Positions 1 through 11,640 of a stretch of DNA of 64,000 bases are shown here, piece by piece. The notes under the pieces were generated by a model, which was not told the DNA's origin, ran no database searches, and saw only the letters and a list, made by a program, of their open reading frames with translations. The position numbers and the translations under genes are program-made. Origin of the DNA: the human T2T-CHM13v2.0 reference genome, Homo sapiens; the NCBI RefSeq assembly GCF_009914755.1, contig NC_060931.1, one strand, 5' to 3'. Position 1 is the stretch's first letter; every line of letters begins with the position of its first letter.

Positions 1-217
1 TGTGGGGGTATGGTCTTTAAGGTTTCCTACACATAGGATCATGTCCTCAGGGATACTTTTGCTTTTTATTTCTGATTTAGATTCTTTTATTTCTTTTCTT
101 TGTCTAATTGTTTTGCTAAGACTTCCAGTATAATGCAGAATAGAAGTGGCAAGAGTAAGAATCCTAGTCTTCCTCCTGATATTAGAGGTAAAGCTTTCAA
201 TTTTTCATAGTTGAGTG

Positions 218-714
218 CATTATCTTTCTCTTATCCTGGAGAATATATTTCAAAACCCCCAGTAGATGTAAGAAACAATAGATAGTACTAAGTCTCATGT
301 ATACTATGTATTTTTCTATAAATATATAACTATGATAAAGTTTAATTTCTAAACTAGACACAGTACTCTTATGTTTTGGGACCTTATTAAGTAAAATAAG
401 GGTTACCTGAACACCAACACTGTAATACCATAACAGTCAATTGGATAACTGATACAGCTACTAAGTGACTAATGGGTGGTTAGTATATGTTCAATAAGGA
501 TGTGCTGGAAAAAGGGATGGTTCACATCCTGGCTGGGATGGAATAGGACAGCAAGATATTTCATCATACTAAGAATGGCACACAATTGGAAACTTATTCA
601 TTATTTATTTCTGGAATTTTCCATTTAATATTTTGGACTGTCGTTGGCCACACTCTACTGAAACTTTCTACTGAAACTGTAGGAAGTAAAACTGCAAATA
701 AGGGGTGACTAATG
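218..714 (-). mobile_element. MER44 (Tigger7-derived TcMar non-autonomous DNA transposon) inserted in L1 ORF2
   Basis: Degenerate TIRs cattatctttctcttatcc... and ...aataaggggtgactaatg followed by TA. Internal tttctggaattttccatttaatattttggac and aagtaaaataagggttac match the remembered MER44 consensus. Confidence 0.85.
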
Positions 715-873
715 TATGATGTTAGCTGTGGGTTTGTCATATAGGGACTTCATTATGTTAAGGTACATCCTTCTTCACATAGTTTGTTGAACATTTTTAT
801 CATGTTGGTGTAATTGTTTATGGTAGTCTCTTATGATACTTTGTATTTATGTGGCATCACTTGTAGAGTCTCC

Positions 874-981
874 TTCTATTCTGATTTTATTTGGATCTTG
901 TTTATTAATTTATTTATAAATTCAATTCTAATTTTATTTGGATCCTGTTTATTAATTAATTTATTAATTTGGATCTTGTTT
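874..981. repeat. 47-bp tandem duplication plus a partial third copy inside the L1
   Basis: 874-920 and 921-967 are near-identical (ttc(t/a)attct(g/a)attttatttggatc(t/c)tgtttattaatt...); tttggatcttgttt recurs at 968-981. Confidence 0.85.
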
Positions 982-3900
982 CCTTTTTCTTAGTTATTCC
1001 AGCTAAAGCTTTGTCAATTTTGTTTATCTTTTGAAAAAACAATTTTGGTTTAGTTGATTTTTTTTCTATTGTTTTCCTAGCGTCCATTTTATTTATTCCT
1101 TCTCTAATCATCATCATTTCCTTTCTTCTACTAACTTGGGACATAGTCTGTTCTTTCTTTAGTCCCTTGAAGTTAATGTTAGAATGCTTATTTGAGAAGG
1201 CTCTTCATTTTTAATGTAAGTATTTATAATTATAAACTTCCTTCTTAGTACTGCTGTTGCTGCATCTTATAAGTTTTGGTATACTGTGTTTTTATTTGCA
1301 TTTGTCCCACGATATTTTCTGATTTCCCTTTGTTTCATCTTTGGTCCACTGGTTGTTTAGGAGTGTGTTGTTTAATTTCCAAATATTTGTAAATTTTCTG
1401 ATTTTCCTTTTATTATTTTTAGTTTCATACACTTGTGGTTAGAAGAGACATTTGATGTGATTTCAATCTTTGTAAATATTTTAATATTTGTTTTATGGCC
1501 TAATATGTGATCATTTCTCATGTGATCATTTCTGGAGAAAGTTTTATGTGCAGTTGAAAAGAATGTATATGTTGCTGTTGCTGGGTGGAATGTTTTGTAT
1601 GTATCTGATAGGCGTATTTAGTCTACAGTTTGTTTCAAGTCATGTGTTTCCTTACTGATTCTCTGTTTGGATATTTTATTCCTTGTTGAAAGTGGGGTTT
1701 TGAAGTCCCCTACTAATATTATACTGCTTTCTATTATTCCCTTCAGTTCTATTAATATTTGCTTTATATACTTAGGTGTTCTGATGTTGGTCGCATATAT
1801 ATTTATAATTGCTATATCTTCCTGATGAATTTATTATCATATGATGTCCCTCTTTAACCCTCATGACAGTTTTTTATTTAATGTCTATTTTTCTAAAATA
1901 AATATAGCCATTTCTACCCTTTAGTTTATCATTTTCATGGAATATATTTTTTCTTCACTTTGCTTTCAGAATATAGCTGAATTTTGTTTATTCATTCAGC
2001 CACTCTATGTCTTTTGATTGAGGAGGTTAAATGTTTACTCCTGTTTACATTTTACATTTAAAGTCATTATTGACAGGGAAGAACCCACCTTTGCCATTTT
2101 GTTCTTTTTTTTTTTGGCTGTTTCATAGTTATTTTGGTCCTTTTTTCCTTTCTTGCTGTTTTTCTTTTGTTGATTTTTTTCATAGTGATGTTCTTTTATT
2201 TCTTTCTCTTTTTCTTTTATGTAGCTTCTCATATATTTTTTGTGGTTAACATTCAGCTTACATAAAACATAACATTCTGTTTTAAGCTGATAGCAACTTA
2301 CCTTTTATTACATACAGTAACTCCGCATATTTACTTTCTATCCCCTCATACGTTATATTATTGGCATCACAATTTACATCTTTTTATGCTGTGAATCCAT
2401 TAACAAATCTTCTAGCTATATTTTTAAATATTTTTCTTGTTTTAACTAAAATCAAAAGTGATTTACCCACTATTCTTACATTATTATAGTAGTCTATATT
2501 TGTTTACACATTTTCATTTACCTGTTAGTTTTATATGTTTGTATATTTTCATGTTGCTGTTTAACAGCTTTCATTTTAATATGAGGAACTGTCTTAAGCA
2601 TTTCTTATAAAGCAGGTTGAGTGCTGTTGTACTCCTTCAGCTTTTGTTTGTGTGGAAAAGTCTTTATCTCACATTTTCAAAGCTAAGTTTTGCTGGGTAT
2701 GATATTCTTGGTTAAAAGTTTTTTTTTTTTTTATTTCAGCACTTTGAATATATCATTGTATTCCTTCTGACTTGCAAGGTTTCTGCTGAGAAATCTGCTT
2801 ATAGTCTTATGGAAGCTCCCTGGCATGTCATGAGTTGTTTTTCTCTTGCTGCTTTTAAATTATGTGTTTTTATGTAGACTTCTGAGGGTTCATTCTATGT
2901 TGGATCCCTTGGACATCATCAATTTGTATGTTCATTTTCTTTCTTGGATTTGAAAATTTTCCAGCTGTTATATCTTTAAATAAGCAGTCTTGCTCTTTAT
3001 TCTCCCCTTTCCTGTAATTCTCATGATGTGTATATTGGGATACTTGATTATTTATCATAAGTCTCATATGTATTGTTCACTTTTTTCATTATTATTATTA
3101 TTATTATTTGCTTTTCCTACTAGGTAATTTCAAATGATCTGTCTTCGAGTTTATTAATTTTTTTTCTCTGCCGGATCTTGTCTACTTGCAAAGTTTTCTA
3201 TTAAAATTTCCAATTTAATTGTTGTGTTCTTTAGCTCCAGAATATCTGTTTGGTTCTATCTCTTTGCTGAAATTCTATTTTTATTCATTTATTGTTTTCT
3301 GGACTATCTGTTTAGTTGTCTGTGTTCTCTTGTAGCTCACTGAGTTTCTTTCAGATTATAATTTCAAATATTTTGTCAGGTGTTTCATAGATCTCAATTT
3401 ATTAAGGGTTGGTTACTAGTGATTTATTTATTTTTGGTATTGTCCTTTTTCCCAGATTCTTCATGTTCCTTGTAGCTTTGCATTGATGTCTGTGCATTTG
3501 AAGATGTAGCCACCTCTTCCAGTCTTTACGGAATGGTATAGGCAGAGAAAGACCTTCACCAACCAGCCTGAGTAGAGATTCCAAGAGCCTCTCAAACGTC
3601 TTCTATGGAAGTGCATGCTCAACTTCTTTCTCTCCCTCTTGGGGGAGGATTTTAAGGGTGTATAACCTCTCTTTATCTCATGGGACTGTAGTGGTCTCTG
3701 CAGTTCATCCTTTTTTCCCCCGTAGAGCAGAACAGCAAAAGGATTGGACATAAGATGCACACTCTATTTCTCTTCCTCTTTCCTGGGGAAGAAGTTTCAA
3801 GATTTTTCTCTTTCTATGTAAGGTCACAACCTTACATAGCTGTGTGGACCATGGTAAACCTTCTGCCCCTTTCTCTAAGGTAGTGCACTGAAATGCTGAA

Positions 3901-5084
3901 GCATTTGTGGCAAATTCGATTCCTTTCCCTTCCTCCGAAAGAAAAAGTTCTGGGTTTTATGCTTTCTCCCTATCCTGCAGAACTGTGCTGTATGCTGAGA
4001 ATTACCCATCTGTTTTACCTAGAGCAATGCGGCCGAATGCCAGAATGTTGGGTGCTAACTTCACTTTCTTCCTCTTTCCAAAAGGATAGATCTCAGAATT
4101 GTATACTCTTCTCAGTTATGCTGAGTTGTGCAGGCTGCTGAGAGCCTCTGACCTTATTCTTTTTTCCTAGCTGCTTCCAAGTGTTCTAACTGTGCCAGTT
4201 GCCAGAGTACTCTCAGTAAGGTAAGACAGAAATAGGTCTTTGGGCAGTGCCCCCCAAAGACTGGGGATGTTGAATGCATACTTCACTCACTCTTTTTCCA
4301 GAAGGAGAAATTGTCGGCCAAGTGGATCTCTCTCAGCACTGAGCTGTGCTAGCTTGAGGAGAGGTTGGCACAGGTAAAGTGAAACTACTCTTTTTACTCA
4401 TTTCAAAAAGATTTTTCTTGGTTTTGTGCTTGTCTGAGTTGTGTCAACTTCTTAATTGGATTCTGGAGCTCTCATAAAGATATTTGGCCCAGTTATTGTT
4501 ATTTTATCAGTGTTTTTATGCAGAGCCTAAGGATGGGGACTTACTGTCCCACCATCTTGTTGACATTACTCTTCTTATACTGGTGGACTTTTAACTTTTA
4601 AAAGTCTTTGATATTATTAGCAATCTGATAATAAGCCTTGTATATATCTCCTTGTGTAAGAAGTTTCCCTAAGTTCTTTAATACTATAAATAGTTGGACT
4701 TGGAATATTACTAGATGAAAAATTACTCTTCAGAAGAGATGCTTCAATTTTATTCCTACCAGCAGCCTATAAGAATGTTTCTTCACACCCTAAAAATGTT
4801 TGGTATTGCCATATTTAAAAGTTTTTGTCAATTCACTGGACATACAAGGGTGTATCATTGTAGATTTAATCTGCATATCTCTGATTACTGATATATCAAA
4901 GATCCTTTACAGAAATATTTTTCTTATTGATTTGTGAGATTTCTTTATGAAATTTCAGTAATCATTTGCATGTTAGAGCTTGACAATCTACTCTCAGTTT
5001 CTTGCTTGTGTTAAAAATAAGTTTGTGATATATTGAAGAGTTTCATTTTATTGAGTCAAATAGAGAAAATAAAATGATTATTAA

Positions 5085-5195
5085 AACATATGGAGTTCGA
5101 ATCAAGTCCTGGCTACATGTAAGTCCTAAATCCTTATGTAGCTTTATTTACCTCTCTGGGCCTTATTTGGAAAATGGTGATAATAATACTTATAT
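5085..5195 (+). mobile_element. MIR fragment
   Basis: gttcgaatc...tttacctctctgggcct...aaaatggtgataataatac resembles the MIR core. Confidence 0.5.
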
Positions 5196-5504
5196 GGCTA
5201 TCATAAATATATCTTCTTTTTTAAAAAAAGTTTAATGCTCTATTTTTAATATTTCGATTTGTATTTAAATCAACTGGAGTTTATTTTGTGGAAGATATGT
5301 GGAAAGCATCTAACTATTTTCCCTATGGGTAGCCAATTTTCTGATCTTTATTTGTTGAATATAGATGCTTTTCTTTGTTGATTTATAATGCTATTAATAT
5401 CTCTGTGATATAATAAGTTCTTATGTTTGAATAAGTACCTTTCTGAATTCTCTGTTCTGATCAATTTTCTTAAAACATGAATTATTACCAGGCCTTTTCA
5501 TTGA

Positions 5505-6170
5505 TGATAGTGCCCCTTTATCTACAGGGGACAAATTCCAAGACTCCCAGTGGATGCTTTAAGCCGTGTATACTAACTACCGAACCCTATATCTACTATA
5601 TACACTATGGTTTTTCCCGTACATATATACATATTTATGATAAAGTTCAATTTATAAATTATGTACAGTAAGAGATTAACAGTAACTAATAACAAAATAG
5701 AACAATTATAACAAGATGCTGTAATAAAAGTTATGTGAATGTGATCTCTTTCTCTCTCTCTCTCTCTGTTTCAAAACATTGTACTGTACTACACCTAGCC
5801 TTTGTGATGTAGTATTGGGCTATGATTGACCTTCTGATGACATGTCAGAAGAAGGTTCATCTGCTTCATGAGATCTTGGATCTTAGAGCCTTGAAAATGT
5901 AGATGATTGGGTGTCAGAGACAAACAATGTTTATTGCTAACAGACAAGTAACAAATACAGCATAGAAACACTCGTGATAGGAATTATTCATGGCCCCAGG
6001 TGGGACAGAGTGGGGCAGTGTAAGATGTCATCATGCTACTCAGAATGGCATGCAATTTAAAATGTATGAATGTTTATTTTTGAAATTTCCATTTAGTATT
6101 TGTAGACCATGGTTGACCATGGGTAACTGAAACCATAGAAAGTGAACCTACACATAAGGAGGGACAACTA
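5505..6170 (-). mobile_element. MER44 (Tigger7-derived), second copy, with an internal (TC)n
   Basis: Termini tagtgcccctttatctacaggggacaaattccaagactcccagtggatg and ggttgaccatgggtaactgaaacc...ataaggagggacaacta followed by TA; clearly homologous to 218-714. Confidence 0.85.
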
Positions 6171-8874
6171 TACGTTAGCTTTATAACAAGGTTTAATAAA
6201 CTTATAAACGTAAAGCAAATAACTCCTTTTACTTTTTCTTCATGCTTTTTTTTTTGGTTGTTTTTTTTCCTGTCATGGTTCCATATACATTTAAATATAA
6301 GCTTATTAGGTTGCATATCACCTCCCACACCCTTTTGTTGTTACAATTGAAATTCATCCTATTTGAGGATTAATTTAAGGAAAATTGAGGTCTTTTATAT
6401 ACAAAATTTCTCCACAATGGACATGGTATAATACTGCAGTTATTTAATACTTAAAAAAAACCTTTCATTTATTACTTTCCTCATAGAGAAATCTCACAGC
6501 AAACTTTTTATGAATTTCAAATGTTTTTAAATTATCTTTTTCAAATTACTTGTTTCTCCTGTATAAGAGTGCAGCTTATTTTTATATGTTAACCTTTAAT
6601 TCAGAAAACTTGATGAACTTTCTTATTGTTTGTCATAATTTTTCTTTAGATGTCTACACATCATTTATTCATAAAATCACACTGTGTGCAATAAATAGCA
6701 GTTTAGTTCAATTCTTTTAATTTTCTATAATTTTATTTGATTTTCTTGTCCTACACTGTGTATGTGTGTTTGCTATTAAATGTTGAGACTTTTTTTTTAA
6801 CAGCGTACACATAGATTTTCTTTCTTTTATACATCTAGGCTGAAACTGTATCTTTTAATGGGTAGGATTTATTTCTTTATGCTTATAATTACTGATGTAT
6901 TTGGAATAATTTCAACCACTTTACTTTGTAGATGCTATTTGCCTATCCCTTATAATTCCTTCTTACTTTTATTTCTCTCTACTGGTATGAGAGTTAAGCA
7001 TTTGTATTGGAATTAACAAGTCTAAACTTAATTACCCTTTTTATTCTTCCCTGGGACAATAAAATAATTCAAGAATGCCTTAATTTTGATTTCCTCCATC
7101 TTATTTTCCTATTTTTGTCAAGCATATTAGTTAACCTTTTATATTTAAATCATCCAAATTAGTTACTATTATTGTTTTTTTCATTTTTAGCAAATAATTA
7201 TTTAGTGTTGCTAATGTTTTCACAATTGCTTTGTTCACCATTGCATAGCACTCCTTTCTTCTGTGTTTACTCATACATTTTTCTGATGGGGAATAACATG
7301 ATGTGAAGTAAAATGTATAGTAAAATATAAAATTATGTTAACAGTATTTTAGGAATATATAGACTTAACAATTTAAGATAAAAGGGATTTTAACCAAAGC
7401 CAATACAAGAAAAAACAACTATATAAGAATAATAAAATTAAAATAAAACAGTGTAAATTCAGACTTCATACTCATACTTGACTTCTTAAAATTTTTGGTT
7501 TTCTGTTTTTTGTTTTCCTTTATTTTGTTTTTTATGATCCTTCCATAGACCAGAGTCAACAATTGTGTTCTCTTTTCAAGGAGAAAATACGCTTTCAGGC
7601 TTCATTAAAGATGCTCTCCTTGGAATGGTGTGGTCATGTTTCTCATCTGCCATATCCACGTAAAAACAGAATTTCCCATCAGACCCGTGAATGTCCAAGT
7701 GTGTTGAAATTCTCGTGTGCTCCTACTTCTTACCACTCTAAGTTTGATTTATCTATCTCCATAATTGTAGAACCTGGTATTTCCCTTTCTTTTAAAATCT
7801 AGTATGTATTTTTTTAATTTTAATATGATTATTTTTATACAAAATTTTAATGTATTGAAGTAGGAAAGAGTTCATCTGTCTTAGTTCGGAATTTCACATT
7901 GCCAGACAGCTCATGACTAGTTTCTAAGATAAACTTAATATATGACTTTTTGTTTTGAAGTTTTTTTTAAAGGTACTTTTGCTTTTAGTGTGGTGACAAA
8001 AGCAATGTTTTTCTCTTGGTTCAAACCACTGTGAGCTTTCCAAAGTACATGGTTTTAGTAGTAATTTCATCACAAAAATAAAACTGATATATGTGACTTT
8101 TAGACTGCTTTACAAAACAATTCTGTGAGTTTGAGTCTTAAGTTATGTTAAAATTGATATGTCTCAGCTAGCATAAGGACAACCCTAGAGAAGAACCTCT
8201 CAATAAAAGAAGTAGTTTGTCAAGAATGACAGCTGAAATTTCTTAGCCTTTAGTGGCAGAGTTGACTGAAATCAAGTCAACAGCCACGTCAGTGGTAGTA
8301 CCCATGGCCTATGTTTACTAGCACAAATCACAGAGATATAAATGTTAAAATAGCCACTCTTTTCAATAGTTTTGAGCAATAAGCCTCAAATTGTTCTATG
8401 GAAGTAGCCTATCATGCTTTAAAAAATATATATAGTGACACTTTCTACTTCATAGCAGTGTGTGTTTAAATCATTTAATCAATTGGGTTTTTTTAGAAAA
8501 TATATTCCAAATATTTTTCTATAATTAAAGTTTTACATAGATTTGTTGCAGTTATTCTGTGACTTTATACATTCTCTTGGAATTTCCTTGTAGGTACATA
8601 TAATTCTTTTTGGAAAATACGAGTTTAGATAAAACACTTTATGAATACCTCAGCAATGCAGTATTGAGTAAGATATAATCTTTGGAGATGACTACCTTGT
8701 TATTCATGTCTTTTTAGAAGTTTAAAGGAATGTGCACATTCTTAGAAGTTTAAGGGAAATTGACCAACTTAAGTGAGAATTTAAGGGTAAGGAGACACAG
8801 TCCAGAACTTGTAAAGTTTTTTGTCTTAAAATCTTTGTAGAACAAATTACATTACAGAGTGAAAGAACCACTCA

Positions 8875-9085
8875 TAGTATTTATTCAGTAGTTCTTTTTG
8901 CCAAGCATTGCTTTAAATCCCTTTAAATGAATTAATATGTTATATATTTAAAACACACTTAAAAATTATACCCTTATTACAGATGAGCAATCTGATGCAA
9001 AAGGAGGGGGAGTAACTTACCCAAGTCACATGACCAGTAAATATTTGAGCTGGGATATAAACACAGTTAAATACTGGACTCTCAC
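8875..9085 (-). mobile_element. MIR
   Basis: ttacagatgagcaatctga...gtaacttacccaagtcacatgaccagtaa...gagctgggat is the antisense MIR core. Confidence 0.7.
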
Positions 9086-11184
9086 TATTTAAGAATAGAA
9101 TAAGAATAATCAAATAGAGGTGAGACTTCAGTGACATGTCCTAACACTTGATTTATTGCATTTTCTATGGCATCTATTTCCTGTGCATACCAAGTATGAG
9201 TTGTTGATGTCCATTCGTTTCATTTTGCTAAATTGAAAGGTAAAATAATTTACACTTAAATATTTGGGGGTTGGAAGGCAATACTAGCACTTAAGCTTTA
9301 ATACACTGAACATGCCAGTTATATTGAGAGTGCTGAGAATTAAATTGTAATTCATTTTGTAGACTCTTGCACTCTTGCACTCTGTATTAATTGCTGGGAA
9401 AGCAAAGAAATGTGGTTTGTTCATTATAAGTTTTTTAATTCTTCATTGTCCGTGTTCCTTTTTCTCTAGGTTTTAGTATGAATGCTGAATTTCCTAGATG
9501 GATTTCTTTTATGATATTTCATGTCCATATTTCATCAATTACAAACATGTATCAGTACCCTGTCAAAAATCTGAAAGCAGTGCTTTATAAATTTCCAGTA
9601 GAAACTAACACAGAACCATTCAGTGATGAGTATGCCATGAATTAAAATGAGAAATCAATGTTTTTTTGCATTTCATTCAGTTGCAACATTGTAACTGGGT
9701 ACATTGTGGGCTTTCCTTGTTGATTATCAGCATTCTCAGAAAATATGATCTTTTTAACAAAGATTTGAGATCTATTGATACAATATTTTAATCAATTTAT
9801 CATTTTTTCTTGGCAAATTTATCTGATAAATACATTTCTGGGTTATTTCTTAATATTTAAGTTGATCTGCCACATTTGATATAAGAATAATTAAAACCAA
9901 TTGAAAATAAAAGGGGCATTTTCTGAGATAGTAAATCCACAGCAATCTGCTTCCATAATTGTAGGGTAATCACACGTTGTTCTGCACACTAGTAAGAAAT
10001 GTCTTAGTTAATTGGGATCCTTGTACAATTGGTCAGGTTTTAGATATTCCTGCCCTTGAATAAGAGGGTATTTAGCTTTATTTATGATCTTGAAAATGCA
10101 TCTTTTCATTTTCAATTGTAATCTACTTACCACAAATGTTATGTTCATAGGATCCTTAGCCATTATGGTAACAATGATGTACTAAGAAAACACATCATTG
10201 CCAAAACTGTACCACAGATCTACTATCTATTCAAATGAGAGCTCTAAATCTTTTTATTTACTTTCAGAAAACAGTAACTTAGAACTAAATGATGACCTTG
10301 AATCATATTGCTACTAACACATTTTGGTGTAGATAATATAGTTGAATTTTTGGCATTTAGGAAGCATTAAAATTCCATCAATGTAACTATTAATTGCAAA
10401 AAAAATTGTGATAGGGATTCAAAATGTTGATTAAGATTTAATATTGGCTAAAATATGTTTGATTTTGATGATTGATTAAATACTACCATAGATGTGACTG
10501 GATAAAAAGCGAGTTATTTTGATTTTTTAAATTAACATATTTTTTGGATTAAGTTTTTGAATCAAGGCACTTTAAAATTTAGTTTTGATTCACTTCTGCA
10601 TCAACAATACTTTGATTTTTAGAACTGGAGCATCTTCTATCCTCTTCTTTATTAAATTACAAGATAATCGTGTAGAGAAGCTAAGACTTAGAGATGATGG
10701 GCCACAGATTATAGGTTTGAAAATATATTTGATTTCTTCCATCAATTATCAATACCAATTTCATTATTATATAATATTTTTTTAAATATTGGATGACATA
10801 TCAGGATGGCAGAATAAGCTGGTAACCTTGAGACATCATAGATGCCAGAGGCTCCCAAAAGAAAAATTTCCCATCTCATCTCTGTAAAAACTGTCAATGT
10901 GGGGGTCTATTTTCAACAAATAAACATATGAAAGTAAAAATGCATATGACTTGTCCATAGACTGATCATATAGTTTATTGTCTAAACCCAGAAACCTTTG
11001 AGAGTTAAATAGGGCATAATTACACTGAGACAATAGGCTTAAATTGATACTGTCTTAGATATACAATCAACTTACAGCAAAGTTCAATGAATCGAAACTC
11101 TTTGCCCTGTTATGTGTTCACATCAGCACTTTGAATAAAAGGTTTATTCAAAGCAAATGCAAAATTCCAGAGCAACATTATGCC

Positions 11185-11366
11185 TTTTTTTAATTTTTTT
11201 TTTCAGATTTAGAAATGGGGTCTCACATGTTGCCCAGCTGGATTGGAGTGGCTATTCACAGGCCAGATCATAGCACACTGTGGCCTTGAACTCCTGGCTT
11301 CAAGCAATCCTTCCACCTCAGCTCTAGAGTTCCTAAGATTACAGATATGGACTACCATGCCCAGTC
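11185..11366 (-). mobile_element. FAM (fossil Alu monomer)
   Basis: Single monomer with a poly-T tail and the 7SL-derived segment gtggctattcacagg (CCTGTGAATAGCCAC on the element strand), which dimeric Alu arms lack. Confidence 0.85.
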
Positions 11367-11477
11367 CTAGCATTAGGTCACCTTTTGACCAACAGCATTC
11401 AAAGATATGATTGGATAGACCCCTTAAGGTTAAGCCTCAAGCATTAAGGCTATAAGTCACAGGTCTTGCTAGAGTTA

Positions 11478-11640
11478 GAATGCTTTTTAACTAGTGTATG
11501 TGAATCACCTGGGGATTTTGTTAAAATGGGGATTCTGATACAGTAAGGCCAAAATGGAGCCTGGGATTTTACATTTCTGACAAACTCCCAGGTGATGCTG
11601 ATGCTGTTGGACCTTGGACCTCAACTTTACTTGAGTAATA
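11478..11640. mobile_element. MER5A-type hAT-Charlie MITE
   Basis: gaatcacctgggga...ttgttaaaatg..gattctgat...catttctgacaaactcccaggtgatgctgatgctgttgg. Confidence 0.8.

Larger units (their letters stand above)
1..4573 (-). mobile_element. Old L1 (L1M-type) LINE retaining 5' UTR, ORF1 and the 5' part of ORF2; decayed, interrupted by MER44, continues beyond the left edge
   Basis: Minus-strand frames match L1 proteins: 2870-3067 (FKDITAGKFSNPRKKMNIQI, ORF1), 2035-2232 (MAKVGSSLSIMTLNV, ORF2 endonuclease start), 956-1144 (FFQKINKIDKALA, post-EN region). RT-like DNA lies at 1-217 and 717-800. The 5' end ccaccatcttgttgacattactc at about 4549-4571 resembles the YY1-containing L1M start. Confidence 0.9.
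4600..7260 (-). mobile_element. Highly decayed older L1 (L1ME-like) ORF2 fragments, interrupted by MIR and MER44
   Basis: T-rich antisense L1-like tracts, e.g. tttaatctgcatatctctgattact, ttgttgaata...tttcttt, gaggattaatttaaggaaaattga. Confidence 0.55.
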
